DNA of 64,000 nt from Gemmatimonadales bacterium (GTDB taxonomy: Bacteria; Gemmatimonadota; Gemmatimonadetes; Gemmatimonadales; GWC2-71-9): NCBI GenBank assembly GCA_035691925.1, contig DASSIL010000178.1, forward strand, positions 31,638 through 95,637, written 5' to 3'. The notes under the pieces were generated by a model. The model was not told the origin of the DNA. It saw only the letters and a program-made list of their open reading frames with translations, and did not search any database. The first letter of the stretch is position 1. The number at the start of each line of letters is the position of its first letter. A program made the position numbers and the translations under genes. Below, in pieces: positions 1 to 9,167 of the stretch.

Positions 1-1334
1 TCGAGCGTGAACGTCTGGTTGGTGAGTTCGGCGAAATAACCGCCGTTCCCTCCGAACACGACCATCCGGTCGCGTGCCTCATCGTAGACCGCCGAATGGC
101 CCTCGAGGGGCCCGGGATAGGTTCCGGGGAACCCGAGCGGACCATTCCACAGGTTGGCTCCGGTCGAGCCGATCCACGTGGCCCCATTGGGCCCGGAGTC
201 CAGCCCACCGCTCGGCGCGCGGCCGCCGAACACCACGACGCGGCCCGGGGTGGGATCGAAGATCACGCTGCTCTCGATGAACTGTGGGGGTTCGGGATCG
301 GCGGGCAGCACGTTGCTCCACCCGCTGCCGGGGGACAGCGCGATCGCACTCGCCATCGCCCCGCCGCCATCTCTGGCGGTTCCTCCGTACGCGAGCATCC
401 GTGACCGCACCGGATCGTGCACGAGCGAATGGGCGGTTCGATATCCTCCCGGGCCGAGCGCCCAGGGCTGGGATCCCGAGACCGCAACGGACCACGTGGA
501 CGAGAACGTGTCGCCGCCGTATTCGTAGTCTCCGCCGTCGACGACCAGCAGGTCCCGGCCGGGGTCGTAGGCCGCGGCGTATCCAGGCTGGATCTCCGAG
601 GGTGTCCCGCCGGGTGGCACGATCCCCGTCCATTGCAACGTGTCACCGAGCGACAGCGCCCACAGATCCGCGGCGACGGTGTTGTCGATGGTGGCTCCGA
701 ACACCACCATCCGATCGCGCACGGGGTCGTAGATCGCGGCGTGTCCTTCTCGCGGCGAAGGGGGCGTGCCAACGGGGACCAGTTCCTGCCACGCCGGCGA
801 TCCGCTCAGGTTGAGCGCCCACACGTCGTTCTCGAGCGCACCATCATTGCCACCGAACACGATCACACGATCCCGAACCGGATCGTAGATCATGCTCGTT
901 CGGGACCGCGGCGAGGGGGGCGTGCCGGACGGGAGAATCGGATGCCAGGCGGGCGCGCCCGACAGCGAGAGTTCCCAGACATCGTTGTGCAGCGCGCCGT
1001 CGACGCCACCGAACACGATCATCCCGTCGCGAACCGGGTCGTAGATCGCGTTGGCGAGCGCTCGAGCGGGCGCTCCCTGCCCTGCGGGCACGAGCAGCTG
1101 CCACGAGGGATCGCCGACGAGGCTGAGAGCCCACACTTCGCCGCGCAGCCCGCCCCCACCGACCCCGCCGAACACGAGCATCCGGTCGCGGATCGGGTCA
1201 TAGACCGCCGCGTGGTTCATGCGGGCGGGAGGCGCCAGCTCGGTCCAGACGCCATCGGCCGGAAACGCTGCTCGTGTCGCGGTCAACGCAATCGACGAAC
1301 AGGCCGCGAGTGAGATCCACGAGCGTCCTCGCAT
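1..1334 (-). CDS. Kelch-repeat (galactose-oxidase-like beta-propeller) exported protein; C-terminus runs off the window
   Basis: Own translation of the minus strand; absent from the ORF track because there is no stop inside the window. ATG at 1334-1332 is preceded by GGAGGAG. N-terminus MRGRSWISLAACSSIALTA is signal-like. It carries repeated units of the form AA(I/V)YDPxRDRM(V/I)VFGG...D(V/L)WxLSL. Confidence 0.8.
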   Translation of the reverse strand, partial: MRGRSWISLAACSSIALTATRAAFPADGVWTELAPPARMNHAAVYDPIRDRMLVFGGVGGGGLRGEVWALSLVGDPSWQLLVPAGQGAPARALANAIYDPVRDGMIVFGGVDGALHNDVWELSLSGAPAWHPILPSGTPPSPRSRTSMIYDPVRDRVIVFGGNDGALENDVWALNLSGSPAWQELVPVGTPPSPREGHAAIYDPVRDRMVVFGATIDNTVAADLWALSLGDTLQWTGIVPPGGTPSEIQPGYAAAYDPGRDLLVVDGGDYEYGGDTFSSTWSVAVSGSQPWALGPGGYRTAHSLVHDPVRSRMLAYGGTARDGGGAMASAIALSPGSGWSNVLPADPEPPQFIESSVIFDPTPGRVVVFGGRAPSGGLDSGPNGATWIGSTGANLWNGPLGFPGTYPGPLEGHSAVYDEARDRMVVFGGNGGYFAELTNQTFTL

Positions 1335-1679
1335 GGACTCCTCCTGCCTCGACTTGCTACCGACATCAGGCTAGGCGCCCACGGATCGCTCCACAAGACC
1401 TTTCACGGGGACGGCGCTCCGGGTGGAGCGCGCCGGGGGGTTGAATCCCCGCGATGGTCACGCATGCCAGGCCCGGAGGCGCTCGAGGTGCCGACGATGC
1501 GGATCGGGCGCGTCGCCCCGTCGCCCAGGACGGGCGGCGTCCGAGCGGTTCAGCAGATCGAATCTGGAAGGATGGGCGGGTGATTCGGTGAACCACCAGA
1601 CCGTCGCCTGGCCGCGCGTGCACCGTGTGGTTGTTGTTGGGTCGCCAAGGCGTCGGCTTGTTGTCGCAGCGTGGCGGGT

Positions 1680-1899
1680 CGGCGGGCCACCGCCAGGACT
1701 TCTCGTGGATTCGCGTTCCCGGCGTGCCGGGCGCAAACGGCGCGCCGTATCAGCGCCAGGGCGTGTCCCCGGTGCCCGGCGTCTACTTCGTCGGATTGCA
1801 TCGCATGTGGGAGGCCGGCAGCGGCACGCTGCTCGGCTGCGGCTTGGCGCGACGAACGTCGCGGAGCACGTCGCCGCCCGCAAGCTGGCGAGCGGCTGA
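1680..1899 (+). pseudogene. Remnant of the C-terminus of an FAD-dependent (flavin-monooxygenase/CzcO-like) oxidoreductase, frameshifted and N-terminally truncated
   Basis: One + frame reads ..HRQDFSWIRVPG..GVSPVPGVYFVGLHRMWEAGSGTLLG. After a frame change near 1842 a second + frame reads GATNVAEHVAARKLASG-stop at 1899. The VPG(L/V)YFxGL ... G..DAxHVA..I pattern is typical of this family's C-terminal end. No Rossmann/N-terminal part lies upstream. Confidence 0.4.
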
Positions 1900-1912
1900 A
1901 CTGACCGGGCGC

Positions 1913-2707
1913 TCACGGCCGCGCGCCGCGCAGCGAATCGCACCACGCCAGCACGGCATCCGGCAGCGGACCGTGCTGCGTGCCGGCGACGACGCGCACC
2001 GGCTGCGGCCGGAATCCGTGACTCCGGGCGTCGTTGAGCGCGAGCGCGGTCTGCTGATCGGTGAACCGCAGCAGCGCGGGATCCGCCGTGGCGCACCGCA
2101 GCGGCTGGATCGGCAAGGTCGCCCGATCCGCGTTGCGCGAGAATGCCGCGGGTGCGAGCCCGCGCCGCTGGTAGTTGGGGGTGACCGGCGCGACGCCGCG
2201 CCAGCGCTCGGGATGCCGCAGCGCCAGCGCCCATACCGTGTGGCCCCCCGCCTCCCAGCCGGTGAGGAATGCGCGCGCTTCGCCGTTCCAGTGCCCGTGC
2301 ACGTCCGACAACACCGCCGCGACGCCCGCCTCGTCGAATGCGAAGTCGTCCCCGCCCCCGAGCCGCGCCCATTCCGCCGGCGTGTAGGCATACTGATCGG
2401 CCGTTCGCGTACGCGCGCCGCCGCAGCTCAGCACCTCGGGCGCGACGAGGATGTAGGGCCGTGCGCCGCGCGCGGCCACGAAGCGCGCCAGGTTGGCCTC
2501 GAACTCGCGCTTGGCATCCGGCACGACGACCAGCACCGGCCACGCGTGTCGCGCGCTCCAACCGACCGGCAGCGCCAGGTGATAGCGCATCACATGGGTG
2601 GTGGCCTGATGCGTCGAGATCGGCGTCGACTCCGCGCCCGCCACCGAGGCCACCGCGATCGCGGCGAGCGCCATCACCGCCAGCGGCGGGCGCGAACTCG
2701 TGAGCAT
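1913..2707 (-). CDS. Secreted alpha/beta-hydrolase-fold protein (esterase/PHB-depolymerase-like)
   Basis: 264-aa ORF with signal peptide MLTSSRPPLAVMALAAIAVASVAGA. It has PVLVVVPD...YILVAPE and FLTGWEAGGHTVWALALRHPERW blocks arranged like the esterase family. The nucleophile elbow reads GWEAG, not GxSxG. Confidence 0.7.
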   Translation of the reverse strand: MLTSSRPPLAVMALAAIAVASVAGAESTPISTHQATTHVMRYHLALPVGWSARHAWPVLVVVPDAKREFEANLARFVAARGARPYILVAPEVLSCGGARTRTADQYAYTPAEWARLGGGDDFAFDEAGVAAVLSDVHGHWNGEARAFLTGWEAGGHTVWALALRHPERWRGVAPVTPNYQRRGLAPAAFSRNADRATLPIQPLRCATADPALLRFTDQQTALALNDARSHGFRPQPVRVVAGTQHGPLPDAVLAWCDSLRGARP

Positions 2708-2905
2708 GCCCGCAGGCTAGCAGCGGGCACGCGCGCCGCGCGCCGATCCGGCTCAGCGCGGCGAGGGCGGATACGAGTGCGGAATCGCGCCCCGAGCGCG
2801 GCCGTTTCCGCTCGTTCGCGCAACTCGGGATCGCCCGGCGCCGTATGCGTATGGGTGAGGGGCCAAGGCTCCAACCGCCAGGCCACGCCGGCTGGGAGAG
2901 CCGCA

Positions 2906-3670
2906 ATGGGCCAGGTCATGACGCCGCAACCCGTACGAGGGGTGTCGATGTCCTCGAGTGCCGTGCCCGCTGCCGTTCCGCGCATCGAACCGGTCGCGCC
3001 GTGGTGGCATACGCTGCTGGTGATGGCGCCGATCGCGGTCGGATCGATCGCCAGTGGCCATCAGCACGGCTACCCCAACGCCAACCTTCCGGGCATGGGC
3101 CCCCGCCTTTCGAGCTACCTCACCGTGCTGGCGATCGAATGGGTTCCCGTGCTGCTGATCTGGCTGGCGCTCCGAGAGCGAGGACTCTCGTTGGGGACGT
3201 TGGTGTCCGGTCGCTGGCGCGGACCCCGCGACTTCTTTCGCGATCTGGGCCTGGGCGTCGCGTTCCTGGGGATCGCGGTCGTGGTGATCGATCCGTTGGG
3301 CGCCCTCCTCGGTGCCAAGGCGCTGGAAGGCTCGCTCGCCCACGTCGCACCCCGCACGGTTCCCGAGCTGGTGGTGTACCTGGTCATGGCGCTCAGCGCC
3401 GGCTTCTGTGAGGAGCTGATCTTCCGCGGGTACCTGACGCGACAGTTCAGCGCGTGGACGGGCAGCGTGGCCGCCGGAATCCTGCTGCAGGGAATCGCAT
3501 TCGGTCTGGGCCACGGGTACTACCGCTGGGTCATGGTCGCGGTCACCGTCCTGGCGTGGCTCCTTGGCCTGCTCGCTCGCTGGCGCAAGAGCCTGCTACC
3601 CGGCATGTTGTTCCACGCGGTGCAGGACGTTCTCGGCGGCGTGGTCGCATTCGTGACCGGGCATCCCTGA
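2906..3670 (+). CDS. CPBP family intramembrane glutamic endopeptidase (CAAX protease/Abi-like)
   Basis: This is the C-terminal part of track ORF 1625..3670. ATG 2906 is preceded by GGGAGAG. It has multiple TM segments and the family motifs EELIFRGY, FGLGH and FHAVQD. Confidence 0.85.
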   Translation: MGQVMTPQPVRGVSMSSSAVPAAVPRIEPVAPWWHTLLVMAPIAVGSIASGHQHGYPNANLPGMGPRLSSYLTVLAIEWVPVLLIWLALRERGLSLGTLVSGRWRGPRDFFRDLGLGVAFLGIAVVVIDPLGALLGAKALEGSLAHVAPRTVPELVVYLVMALSAGFCEELIFRGYLTRQFSAWTGSVAAGILLQGIAFGLGHGYYRWVMVAVTVLAWLLGLLARWRKSLLPGMLFHAVQDVLGGVVAFVTGHP

Positions 3671-3850
3671 TTCTGGTCGCTCGCGGGAGCGGGAGCGGCG
3701 GCCGCGGCATGGAGTGAACGACGCGGCAGCCGCGAGCAATCGTCGCCGACCACATGCTGGTCGCCGGCGGGGACGGCCGGCACTACCCCCGGCGCTGCAC
3801 ACGCCCACCCCGTGCACCGACCGCGACGTCGGCAGGCACGAGGCTCCGGA

Positions 3851-5506
3851 TCACTTCAGCCTGATCACGCGGCGCGACAGCTCGAGCCCGGGGGCGGTGA
3901 CGCGCAGGAAGTAGATTCCTGCGTCCGCCGGCCGACCGGCATGGGTCCTGCCATCCCAGCGGAGCTGGTGCGCTCCTCCGGCCAGGGCGACGGATCCGAG
4001 ATCGCGCACCGTCCTGCCGGCGACGTCCACCACCGTCTCGCGCACCCGCGCCGGAGAGGGCAGGGCGAAGTCGAGCTGGACGCGATCCGAGAACGGATTC
4101 GGCCACGCTTCGAGACGCGCCGTGGTTCCGTCCGACCCCGGCACCGCCAGCGTCGAGCCGGCGGGACTCACGCGCTGGAGGTAGATGTCGTAGTTCGTGC
4201 CACTGCGGTGATCCTGCCACGCGACGAACGCGCCGCCCGCGCCGTCGGTGGCGATGGTCGGGTATTCCTGGGCACCCGTGGCGGCGCACAGCGGAATGCC
4301 GTCCGCGATCCACTGGGCCGCGCTGGTCGCATCGAGGTGCTGGGCGTAGATGTCGGCGCCGGTGGCGTTGGAGAAGCGGTAGTCGAACCAGGTGATGATC
4401 GAACCATTGCTGCCGTCGGAAACGATCTGGGGCAGGTTCTGATCCTGCGTAGCCGTGCAAACGGCTGCGCCGTTCGTGCCCCACAGCTGTACGCCGTCGT
4501 TCCGCAATCGCTGCACGTAGACGTTGTAGTTCGTGGTGCTGCGGAAGTCCTGCCACACGGCCGTCGCTCCCCCGGTGCCATCGCCCAACAGGTTGGTCAT
4601 GTTGCCGCCTGACGAGAGCAGGACTCCCGTGCTGGTCGGGTTCCACTCCTTGGTCCCGAGCGAGCTCACCCGCTGCGCGTAGCTTCCGCCGCCGCCCCAG
4701 CCGATGATCGCCCCACCGGTGCCATCGGGCACGATCGACAGCCCCATGTTGTTCGCGGTCGTGCTGAGCGGGGTGCGCGACCACGCTCCCACGCCATTCG
4801 ACTTGAAACCCATGGCCCGCACGCCACCGGCGCTGGTGACCCAGGCCAGGACCGCCCCACCGGCTCCGTCGGAGACGATGGCCGGCAGCGTTTCATTGTC
4901 GGTCAGGGTCTCCAGCGCCTGCCCGCCCGGGTTCCACTGCAGAACGCCGGTGGAGCTCACCTTTTGCCCGAAGATGTCGGAGCTCGCGGCATTGTCCTGA
5001 CGCCAGGCCACGAGGATGTCGCCCCCGCCCCCGAAGTCGCGCGCGATGGTCAGCTCGCGCGCCGCGGTCGTCGCGGACGACAGCGTGAGGCCGTCCGCGC
5101 CCCACTGCGGCACCCCCGCGGAGTTGATCCACTGCAACCGCGGCGCGGAGCCCTGGCCGCCGAAGGCGACGTACGCGCCGCCGCCCCCGTCGCCGACAGC
5201 GACGGGATCGTTCACGTCGCCCGTGGTGCACAGCGCGACGCCGTCGAGGGTCCACACCGGCGCTCCCGCGGCGTTCACGCGCTGCGCGTAGCACAGGCCG
5301 CCCGCAGGCGAGCCAGGACGCTCGTCGTGCCAGACCACGACCGCCCCTCCCTGCGCGTCGGAGACGGTGACCGGCCGGAGCTGGTCGCCCGCCGCGGTGC
5401 ACACCGGGACACCATTGGGATCGGCGGCTGCAACGGACGGATGGCAGGCAAACGACGCCGCGATCGCGGCGCAAGCGAGGAGACGGAACGCGGGAGCGCG
5501 GCGCAT
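3851..5506 (-). CDS. Exported 8x-repeat protein (DGxGGAxVxW...YAQR units) with FlgD/T9SS-type-A-like C-terminal domain
   Basis: Start re-set to ATG 5506 (MRRAPAFRLLACAAIAASFA signal). It carries 8 units of about 50 aa, e.g. IVSDGAGGAVLAW, IATDGAGGAFVAWQDHRSGTNYDIYLQRV. The C-terminus reads NPFSDRVQLDFALP...VVDVAGRTVRDL...GIYFLRV...VIRLK. Confidence 0.85.
   Translation of the reverse strand: MRRAPAFRLLACAAIAASFACHPSVAAADPNGVPVCTAAGDQLRPVTVSDAQGGAVVVWHDERPGSPAGGLCYAQRVNAAGAPVWTLDGVALCTTGDVNDPVAVGDGGGGAYVAFGGQGSAPRLQWINSAGVPQWGADGLTLSSATTAARELTIARDFGGGGDILVAWRQDNAASSDIFGQKVSSTGVLQWNPGGQALETLTDNETLPAIVSDGAGGAVLAWVTSAGGVRAMGFKSNGVGAWSRTPLSTTANNMGLSIVPDGTGGAIIGWGGGGSYAQRVSSLGTKEWNPTSTGVLLSSGGNMTNLLGDGTGGATAVWQDFRSTTNYNVYVQRLRNDGVQLWGTNGAAVCTATQDQNLPQIVSDGSNGSIITWFDYRFSNATGADIYAQHLDATSAAQWIADGIPLCAATGAQEYPTIATDGAGGAFVAWQDHRSGTNYDIYLQRVSPAGSTLAVPGSDGTTARLEAWPNPFSDRVQLDFALPSPARVRETVVDVAGRTVRDLGSVALAGGAHQLRWDGRTHAGRPADAGIYFLRVTAPGLELSRRVIRLK
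4118..5392 (-). repeat. Array of 8 protein-level repeats (~50 aa) inside CDS 3851..5506; approximate bounds
   Basis: Periodic recurrence of the D-G-x-G-G-A-x-(V/I)-x-W ... (Y/F)-(A/V/G)-Q-(R/K/H)-(V/I/L) ... W pattern in the translation. Confidence 0.7.
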
Positions 5507-5867
5507 GACCACCTCGGGGCAAGGGCGAGGAGCAATCGTTCGCGGATGGACCGCCGGCAATTCTAGCCCATTCGAGGCAGGGAACGTCCGCGATTTATGC
5601 GTGCGGGCCCATGGTTCCGACATGATGCGAGCGGGGCGGCTCGAGGGGCTGGATCCGCCCCGCGGACGACGAGCGGCGGGATGACCGGCCGGAACGGAAC
5701 GCCATCGATGGCGCCGCGACGACCATGGATCGTTCGCCGCCATCGCCCCGACCGGGCGCCAGCGGCGGAACGGGGCGTCACCTCGGCGGCGCGGGAGGCG
5801 ACGGCGTCCCTCATTCGTTGCCTCGCCGGCCTTGCCAGTCCCCGCAATCGAAGCGCATCGTGCGCCC

Positions 5868-6386
5868 ATGGGACCCGAGCGACGGCTGCTCCGGCACTTC
5901 CTCGCGACCCTGGCCTACCGCACGCAGAAGGCGCTGCGCGACGCGCCTCCGGAGTTCGCGGGCCATCGAGTCGCACCGGGAACGCGCACACCGCACGAGC
6001 TGGTTCGCCACATGAGCGGAGTGCTCAATTACGCGCTGGGCCTCGTCACGACCCCCCGCCCGTTGCTCGAGACATTGCCCACGTTCGACGAGGAGATCCG
6101 GCGTTTCCACGCGCTGCTCGAAACCCTCGCCGTCCGGTTGGCGGAAGAGTTCGAGTTCCCGATCGAGCTGGCCGAACGTCTGCTGCAGGGCCCGCTCGCG
6201 GACGCCATGACGCACGCCGGCCAGCTGACGATGCTGCGACGCCTCGCCGGCAGTCCCGTGCCTCCGGAGGACTTCTTCCTCGCTCATGTGAGCGCGGAGA
6301 ACGTCGGTCCCGCGCAGTCCCTGCCCGTGAGCCCGGATCGCGAGTGGCCCGAAGCCCCCGCGGGCTGGAGCGCGCCCACGGGCTAG
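5868..6386 (+). CDS. DinB-like (DinB_2/DUF664-type) four-helix-bundle protein
   Basis: Track ORF 5832..6386, started at ATG 5868. It reads LLRHFLATLAYRTQKAL ... ELVRHMSGVL ... MTHAGQLTMLRR, the His-containing helix pattern of the DinB superfamily. Confidence 0.7.
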   Translation: MGPERRLLRHFLATLAYRTQKALRDAPPEFAGHRVAPGTRTPHELVRHMSGVLNYALGLVTTPRPLLETLPTFDEEIRRFHALLETLAVRLAEEFEFPIELAERLLQGPLADAMTHAGQLTMLRRLAGSPVPPEDFFLAHVSAENVGPAQSLPVSPDREWPEAPAGWSAPTG

Positions 6387-6397
6387 GGCCGGCCCCG

Positions 6398-7774
6398 TCA
6401 CTCCTTCACGACCTCGTCCGACCACGCGCGCAGCGCCTGCACGACGCGGTCGTCGAACGGGGCGCCGGGCTGGCCCCACGTGGCGAAGCTCCCGGCCTGC
6501 GTGGCTTCGCGGCGGAACGCGTGGTCGATGCCGTCGATCGCCTGGAACCGCGCGTGACCCGGGTGCGCCTGGTTCACGATGCGCGCGATCAGCGCGTGGT
6601 CCTCCTCGCCCGAGAGGAAATCGGAGCGACCGTAGAGCGACAGCACGTAGCCCGGATAGCGGGCCCACGCGGCGGCGAGATTCTTCGCCGCCAGCTGCTG
6701 GAAGAACCGGTAGTGGCAGCCGGCGTAGTATGTGGCGTTCGTCATCGACGAGTCGACCCACGGGGCGAGTTCGGGGTGCCGCTCCGACATCTCGCGCGGA
6801 GACAGGCCCTCGGACCACAGGTAGTTGCAGACGCGCGCCTCGAGCTTGAGCGTGCTGTCGATCGCCGCCGCCGACTGCCCGCCCAGCGCCCCCTGGCGGC
6901 GATCGTTCTCGAGCAGGTACTCGGTCCAGGTGCGTACGAGCGTCCCGTAGACGGCGATCCCGCGAACCGGCAGCTCGTCCGCCAGCAGTGGCGCCCACGC
7001 TCCGCCCATGCTGTGCCCGAACACGAGGATCCGACCGGGATCCACGCCCGGGTCCGAACGCAGCATCGCGAGCGCGGCGCGGAACCCGTCGAGCTGCGTT
7101 TCGAAATCGACGTCGCGCAGCGGACCGCCCTCGCTGTCGCCGCAGCCCGGCTTGTCCACGCGCATCGTCACGAACCCGCGGCTGGCGAAGTCGCGCACGA
7201 TGGCGCCGTAGCCGTCCACGCCCATCAGCGGCGTCTCCACCGTGAACGTGCCGATTCCCTGGATCAACATCAACGCCGGATGCCGCCCGGGCGTGCGCGG
7301 GCGCGTGACGAGGGTGCGCAGCCATCCGGCGCGCGAGGCCACCTGGCCGTATTCGACGTCCCAGCCGTCGCCCTGCTCGCGCGGCTGCGGCGCGAGCGCC
7401 AGCGTGCGCTCGAGCGGCCGCCCCGCGTGCCGCCACCGCAGCGTGGCGCGTTCGCCGCCGTGGCGGCGCGCCATCGCCTGCGTGAGCTGCACCGGCGTGC
7501 GCACGGCGAGCGTGTCGAGCGCGACGATCACGTCGCCACCCGCGATCCCGGCACGCTCGGCAGTCGAACCGGGCAGGACGCGTTGTACCAGCACACCCGG
7601 ATCACCGGGCGCGAGGTGCGCGGCGGCACGCGCGGCGGAATCCGCGGGCGCGAGCACGACGCCGAGGAACGCGCGCCGCGGCAACGGAGCCGGCGCCGCG
7701 GACGACTCGCCGCGGGTCGCGGGCACGGACAGCGTGGCCAACAGGAGCGCGGCCCGTATGACGAGTCGGCGCAT
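6398..7774 (-). CDS. Secreted PDZ-domain / alpha/beta-hydrolase fusion
   Basis: Start re-set to MRRLVIRAALLLATLSV (7774). PDZ-like block: GVLVQRVLPGSTAERAGIAGGDVIVAL. Hydrolase block: ALMLIQG...VFGHSMGG (GxSxG elbow)...DH. Confidence 0.8.
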   Translation of the reverse strand: MRRLVIRAALLLATLSVPATRGESSAAPAPLPRRAFLGVVLAPADSAARAAAHLAPGDPGVLVQRVLPGSTAERAGIAGGDVIVALDTLAVRTPVQLTQAMARRHGGERATLRWRHAGRPLERTLALAPQPREQGDGWDVEYGQVASRAGWLRTLVTRPRTPGRHPALMLIQGIGTFTVETPLMGVDGYGAIVRDFASRGFVTMRVDKPGCGDSEGGPLRDVDFETQLDGFRAALAMLRSDPGVDPGRILVFGHSMGGAWAPLLADELPVRGIAVYGTLVRTWTEYLLENDRRQGALGGQSAAAIDSTLKLEARVCNYLWSEGLSPREMSERHPELAPWVDSSMTNATYYAGCHYRFFQQLAAKNLAAAWARYPGYVLSLYGRSDFLSGEEDHALIARIVNQAHPGHARFQAIDGIDHAFRREATQAGSFATWGQPGAPFDDRVVQALRAWSDEVVKE

Positions 7775-7933
7775 GCAACCTCCGCCATGGTCGATCTGGA
7801 TGCGAGGATCGAGCGTCTGCCACTGAAGCCTGCTTCGCGGCATGCCGGGGGTCAACCCTGCGACACATGTGCGCGGAAGTTCGGGCGACGGACGCTGGCT
7901 CGCGGCTGACCCGGGCGGGCGGGCGGGTCGAGG

Positions 7934-8452
7934 CTAGAACACGACGTAGCGGGCGATGGCCATGCACAGCACGGCGATCGCACCCTGGATCGCGCCGGCC
8001 CGCGCGCTGGCCTTGAGTCGCGCGCCCAGCGCCTGCGCCTGCGCCATCTGCGTGGCGCCGGGCGGGCCGCCGGCCGATTCGATCGCGGACATGAGCCGGT
8101 CGAGCTTCGAGACCAGCATCGCCGAGCGGATGCCGACGACCAGCGCGCCGATGCCCGCCAGCGCCCCGATCGAGATCACGATCCCCATCGGCCCGCCGAA
8201 CCAGGCCGGCAGGAATCCGTTCGAGTCGATCCACACGAGCCAGACGCCGGCGAGCACGGTCACGGTCCCGGTGATGACCATGGCGCGCGTCAGCCCGCGT
8301 TCGAGCGCCAGCCGGCGCATGAATCGCATGCCGTCCGGACCGGATGCCGCCGCGGTCGGCATCACGAACGCCGACACGGTGAACAGCGATCCGATCCAGA
8401 ACACGCCGGAGAAGATGTGCAGGAAGCGAAGAACGACGGTCAGCCAGCTCAC
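7934..8452 (-). CDS. Small integral membrane protein, unknown function
   Basis: GTG 8452 is preceded by GGAGGG. It has about 4 predicted TM helices (WLTVVLRFLHIFSGVFWIGSLF.., VITGTVTVLAGVWLVWI..). It lies 22 nt downstream of the CPBP gene on the same strand. Confidence 0.6.
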   Translation of the reverse strand: MSWLTVVLRFLHIFSGVFWIGSLFTVSAFVMPTAAASGPDGMRFMRRLALERGLTRAMVITGTVTVLAGVWLVWIDSNGFLPAWFGGPMGIVISIGALAGIGALVVGIRSAMLVSKLDRLMSAIESAGGPPGATQMAQAQALGARLKASARAGAIQGAIAVLCMAIARYVVF

Positions 8453-8474
8453 GGTCCCTCCGGCGCGCCCGCGC

Positions 8475-9167
8475 TCATGTGGCGACCCCCCAGGCCCGCG
8501 CGATCGCGTACAACCAGCCTCCCGAAAGCATGTCCATCCCCGCATGGGCGACGATGGACGGGCCGAGGGCGTGGGTTCTGACCACCGGCACCGCCAGCAA
8601 TGCTCCGAGCGCCGTGGCGCGCAGCATCGACAACCACCCCTGGTACCCGTGAGCCAACCCGAAGCTCACGGTCACCAGCAGGACGGCCACGGGCATCGAA
8701 CGCGTCATGGACGTGAGCGTCCCCAGGCAGAACCCCCGCATCACGTATTCCTCGACCACTCCCGCGAGCAGCGAGATGCCGACGAACGCCAGGCGTTCGT
8801 TCGCGGTCCGCGGCAGCATCGCAACCACGAGCGGATCCATGGCCTGGTGGGTGGCCCGTCGGTACAGCAGCAGCGCGAGCGAAACGGCGACGCATGCTGC
8901 CAGCGTGACGCCCGACCACGCCAGAAACGACCCCGCTGGGATCCTGGCCGCCAGCGCGCGAATTCCGACCCGTGGTCCCAGCAGGTCGACCACGAGTGTT
9001 ATCACACCCAATGCCAGCAGTCCCCTCGCCGTACTCGCATAGGCCTGTGCGGGCGTCGGATGCATGCTGGCAAGGAGGCGCCGCGTCACGACGGCCTGAA
9101 GTGGAACGACGATGATGATGATCGCCGTCCAGATGATCGGGATCACACGATTCAAGGCCGCGTTCAT
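8475..9167 (-). CDS. CPBP family intramembrane endopeptidase (Abi-like)
   Basis: 230-aa multi-TM ORF with EEYVMRGF, FGLAHGY and HAGMD motifs. Its ATG overlaps the TetR stop (ATGA at 9164-9167). Confidence 0.85.
   Translation of the reverse strand: MNAALNRVIPIIWTAIIIIVVPLQAVVTRRLLASMHPTPAQAYASTARGLLALGVITLVVDLLGPRVGIRALAARIPAGSFLAWSGVTLAACVAVSLALLLYRRATHQAMDPLVVAMLPRTANERLAFVGISLLAGVVEEYVMRGFCLGTLTSMTRSMPVAVLLVTVSFGLAHGYQGWLSMLRATALGALLAVPVVRTHALGPSIVAHAGMDMLSGGWLYAIARAWGVAT

Noticed and set aside
1625-2905. The N-terminal 427 codons of track ORF 1625..3670
   Set aside because: Only the part from ATG 2906 is CPBP-like and membrane-embedded. The upstream part is antisense to the esterase gene, apart from the short FMO-like remnant reported separately.
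5597-7909. 770-aa plus-strand ORF, plus the similar long frames 5811..7436(-), 1458..2906(-), 28104..30821(-), 28301..30664(+), 40381..42264(-), 44507..46186(-), 44530..46521(+), 46528..49584(+), 16343..19264(-), 17980..19416(+), 20787..22751(+), 23782..26463(+), 50774..52636(-) and 60211..63054(+)
   Set aside because: All are Arg/Pro/Ala/Gly-dominated with no motifs. Each overlaps a frame with strong domain evidence on the same or opposite strand.
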